A DNA stretch of 63,822 bases, filler included, from Octopus bimaculoides (Eukaryota): assembly GCF_001194135.2 (NCBI RefSeq). It is 4 parts of 4 records of this genome, joined end to end, with 100 filler letters (N's around TTAATTAATTAA, not from the genome) between each part and the next. Parts side by side here need not be neighbours in the genome. Positions count along the whole stretch, not along the records: positions 50,748 to 63,822 come from NC_068986.1; 3 more parts are not named here. The stretch is one strand, 5' to 3'. The notes under the pieces are model-generated. The model saw only the letters and a list, made by a program, of their open reading frames with translations, was not told the origin of the DNA and did not search any database. A program made the translations under genes and the position numbers. Each line of letters opens with the position of its first letter. Position 1 is the stretch's first letter. This document shows, one piece after another, positions 60,959 through 63,822 of the stretch.

Positions 60959-61965
60959 CCCAGTGGAAATACTTAGAATATTTCGAATCTCACTGCTTCA
61001 ACATATTTCATACAAAACACTTGAAATCACAATCAAATCGCGTTATTATTTATAAAAGTGCATGTCTTAACTGTTTTAAAATCAAATTTCATTGAAACTA
61101 CAAAGATTTTGCTTCCCAAATAAAATAAAATAATAATAAAAAATAGAACTGGACTTATCCCATAAAATTGTGAAAGAATTTTTTATATCAACAACGACGT
61201 CCTTGAAGTTCCGTCACGACACCTGGGTATAACAATCTTTGACAACCGAGGTCACATTCATTGTTCACAAAAAGCATTCGTAAAATACCAACACAGAGAC
61301 ATAAGAAACATAAAATTAATTTTCTTCTTATTTTTATTAACTTGAAAGACACAATATTCCTGGTGTCCTTGGGATAATGTTTCAGACGAAACAAACTTTG
61401 AAATTAACTGTCAATGTCTAAATAGGTACATAACAGTAATTTCTTTAGAATACCCTGACACACAAAAAATACCTTTCAAAATTGACTTGTCTTATGTCAC
61501 AAGTTAGCATCTAATCTTCGTGTACATCAATAGTAGGCCAAATCTCAAGGCTACTACCTGTAGTTGTTACTTAGTGATTTTCAGCTATCTGTTGCCTTCA
61601 CCGATATCTTTGCCTTCACCGATATTTCAATTTTTCTAATTTGTTTTCATTTTTCTAGTTTGTTTTCATACTATTTGGCAGTTCATTATCTCAAAACGTA
61701 TAAATCTTAAGGTAGATACCTATCATGAATGCCTTTGTTGTTCAACTATATATATATATATATTTTTTTTTTTCAGAAAAAGGACACAAAGTTAACCCTC
61801 GTAAAACGAGGATTGACTTAACGTCAGGAAAAGTTGATTTTTAATCAATTTAAATTGCGGAGTTCTCTCTCTTGCCATTCTTAAAAAGAATTACCATTAA
61901 CGTTAATAACTACTCTATTTATTTAGGATGTACTTTCAATTGATTACAAATTCCCTGACACACTA

Positions 61966-62283
61966 TTGTTGTTGTTGTTGGCACTCCGTCGCTTACGACG
62001 TCGAGGGTTCCAGTTGATCCGATCAACGGAACATCCTGCTCGTGAAATTAACGTGCAAGTGGCTGAGCATTCCACAGACATGTGTACTCTTACAGAAGTT
62101 CTCGGGGATATTCAGCGTGACACAGTGTGACAAGGCTGACCCTTTGAATTACAGACACAACAGAAACAGGAAGTAAGAGTGAGAGAAAGTTGTGGTGGAA
62201 GAGCACAGCAGGGTTCGCCACCATCCCCTGCCGGAGCCTCGTGGAGCTTTAGGTGCTTTCGCTCAATAAACACTCACAACGCC
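61966..62283 (-). mobile_element. SINE family C with (CAA)n tail
   Basis: ttgttgttgttgttggcactccgtcgcttacgacg...; matches 54284-54628. Confidence 0.9.
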
Positions 62284-62456
62284 NNNNNNNNNNNNNNNNN
62301 NNNNNNNNNNNNNNNNNNNNNNNNNNNNNNNNNNNNNNNNNNNNNNNNNNNNNNNNNNNNNNNNNNNNATTTAGTATTTGAATACTTTATACTATTCCAC
62401 ACTCCACACCAACCCTTTTAATGAAAGTATCCTAAATGAAAGGATTTTTTAGAATA

Positions 62457-62643
62457 TTCTTTTCTACTCTAGGCACAAGGCCCGAAATTTTTTCGGGGGA
62501 GGAGGTCAGTCGATTAGATCGACCCCAGTACGCAGCTGGTACTTAATCTATCGACCCCGAAAGGATGGAAGGCAAAGTCGACCACGGCAGAATTTAAACT
62601 TTGAACGTAAAGACAGACGAAATACCACTAAGCATTTTCCCCG
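62457..62643 (-). mobile_element. SINE family B
   Basis: tttctactctaggcacaaggcccgaaattt...cgaccccagtacgcagctggtactt...gaaggcaaagtcgac. Confidence 0.88.
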
Positions 62644-62784
62644 GTGGATTGTTTGGAATATCGACTTTGAACTTGCGCATGTTTATTCCAGCAGATTTTG
62701 AAATCCTTTCCGTCACTCCCACTTTGCGGGAAATCAATTTTTATTTTTTAAACCAAATAAGCCTAATCTTTTATTTTATTTCTT

Positions 62785-63400
62785 TTACTTGTTTCAGCCA
62801 TTATACTACGGTCGTGCTGGGGCACCACTTTAGGGAATTTTAATTGAATTAATCGACTCCTGTAATTATTTTCTTTTTAAGCCTGGTACTAATTCTATCG
62901 GTCTCTTTTGCTGAGTCTCTAAGTCATAGGGACGTAAACAAATCAACGGTGGTTGTCAAGTGGTGGTGAGAGACAAACGCAGACACAAACACGCGCGCAC
63001 ATACACACATACATACACATACATATGACGGACTTCTTTCAGTTTCCGTTTATCAAATCCGCTCACAAGGCTTTGGTTGGCCCGATGGTAAAGTGGGAGA
63101 CAATTGTTGAAAGTGCCACGAAGTGAGACTGAACCCGGAACCATGTGTTTGCGAAGCAAACTTCTTACTACAGAGCCACGCCTAGGTCTATATTTATCAA
63201 TTCTTTTACTTGTTTTAATCAATTGACTGCAGCCATGTTAGAGCACCACCTTAAATGGCAGTTTAGTCGAAGAAATTGACCCCAGGACATTGTAAGCCTA
63301 ATATTCTATCGGTTCTTTGCCGAACCGATAAGTTACGCGAACGTAAACACACCAACATAGGTTGTCAAGCATGGAGACGGGACAAACACAGACACACACA
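62785..63400 (-). mobile_element. SINE family A full copy (62785-63183) plus an adjacent tail half (63200-63400)
   Basis: Two acttgttt...gac tails and one head aacttcttactacagagccacgcct. Confidence 0.85.
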
Positions 63401-63822
63401 CATAAATACATATATATATAGAACAACGACACTAAGGTAGCAAGGGTATAAAATGGTAACAGCATTGCTAGAAATAAGAGTCAAAACGACTCGATTAACC
63501 ACTAAATGCACTATCTTAAGTTGACAAAGAAAACTATAGTGACATTTGCTTATAGAAAAGCACTTAGAGGATATGTATATGTAGGTCACGGCCTTTGTGA
63601 AGGCTGGATTATTGACCTATACATACCACCATAACTGTCATAGAACTAATAGTAACATTATTACTTTTTCACTAGGCAAGTTTAAAATCTAAGATTCATG
63701 GGGTAGTTGACAAAAGTTAGTCTATTTACTTCGAAGAGATAACAGACAATGCTAAGCAGCCGAGATTAATTCCCACGTCAAAGATATGTATGCCTTATAT
63801 ATATATATATATATTTATATAT

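Noticed and set aside
61600-61670. Two adjacent short tandem duplications (ttgccttcaccgatat x2; atttttcta.tttgttttc x2); similar ones at 1698-1735 and 50520-50630
   Set aside because: Ordinary replication-slippage duplications.
38-63589. Most ORFs in the six-frame track (poly-F/K/E/Y/L, HTHT, CVCV, YIYI, and X-filled ORFs)
   Set aside because: They are translations of microsatellites or run through N gaps; no domain, codon or splice support.
1-63822. CRISPR array, rRNA or prokaryotic operon
   Set aside because: No constant repeat with unique spacers, no rRNA-like sequence and no bacterial-style gene density. The 27-bp and 323-bp repeats are plain tandem arrays.

Overview
AT-rich animal genomic DNA, dense in microsatellites and SINEs, with about 8 kb of N gaps by my rough tally. 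The repeat families and the fixed 44N-TTAATTAATTAA-44N gap pads suggest an octopus draft assembly (inference). The only host coding sequence I can support is one 5' coding exon (4123-4906, + strand) of a natriuretic-peptide-receptor / receptor guanylyl cyclase-like gene. I found no convincing second exon, so the remaining ~59 kb is probably one very large intron. It contains decayed Tc1 and mariner transposons, three TA-flanked MITEs, a 5'-truncated CR1-group LINE, other LINE remnants and at least three tRNA-derived SINE families. Best leads: (1) a LINE and the main SINE share a 3' tail with a covarying stem-loop; (2) a ~3.85 kb Helentron/DINE-1-like element with 323-bp internal tandem repeats hosts a mariner and a canonical Helitron; (3) a ~5 kb cryptic, degenerate 12-bp array contains a 27-bp (12+15) higher-order core; (4) minimal hammerhead-ribozyme-like motifs of the Penelope type; (5) a lone tRNA-like Pol III unit. 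No CRISPR array or rRNA gene is supported. All homology calls are motif recognition by eye; no searches were run.
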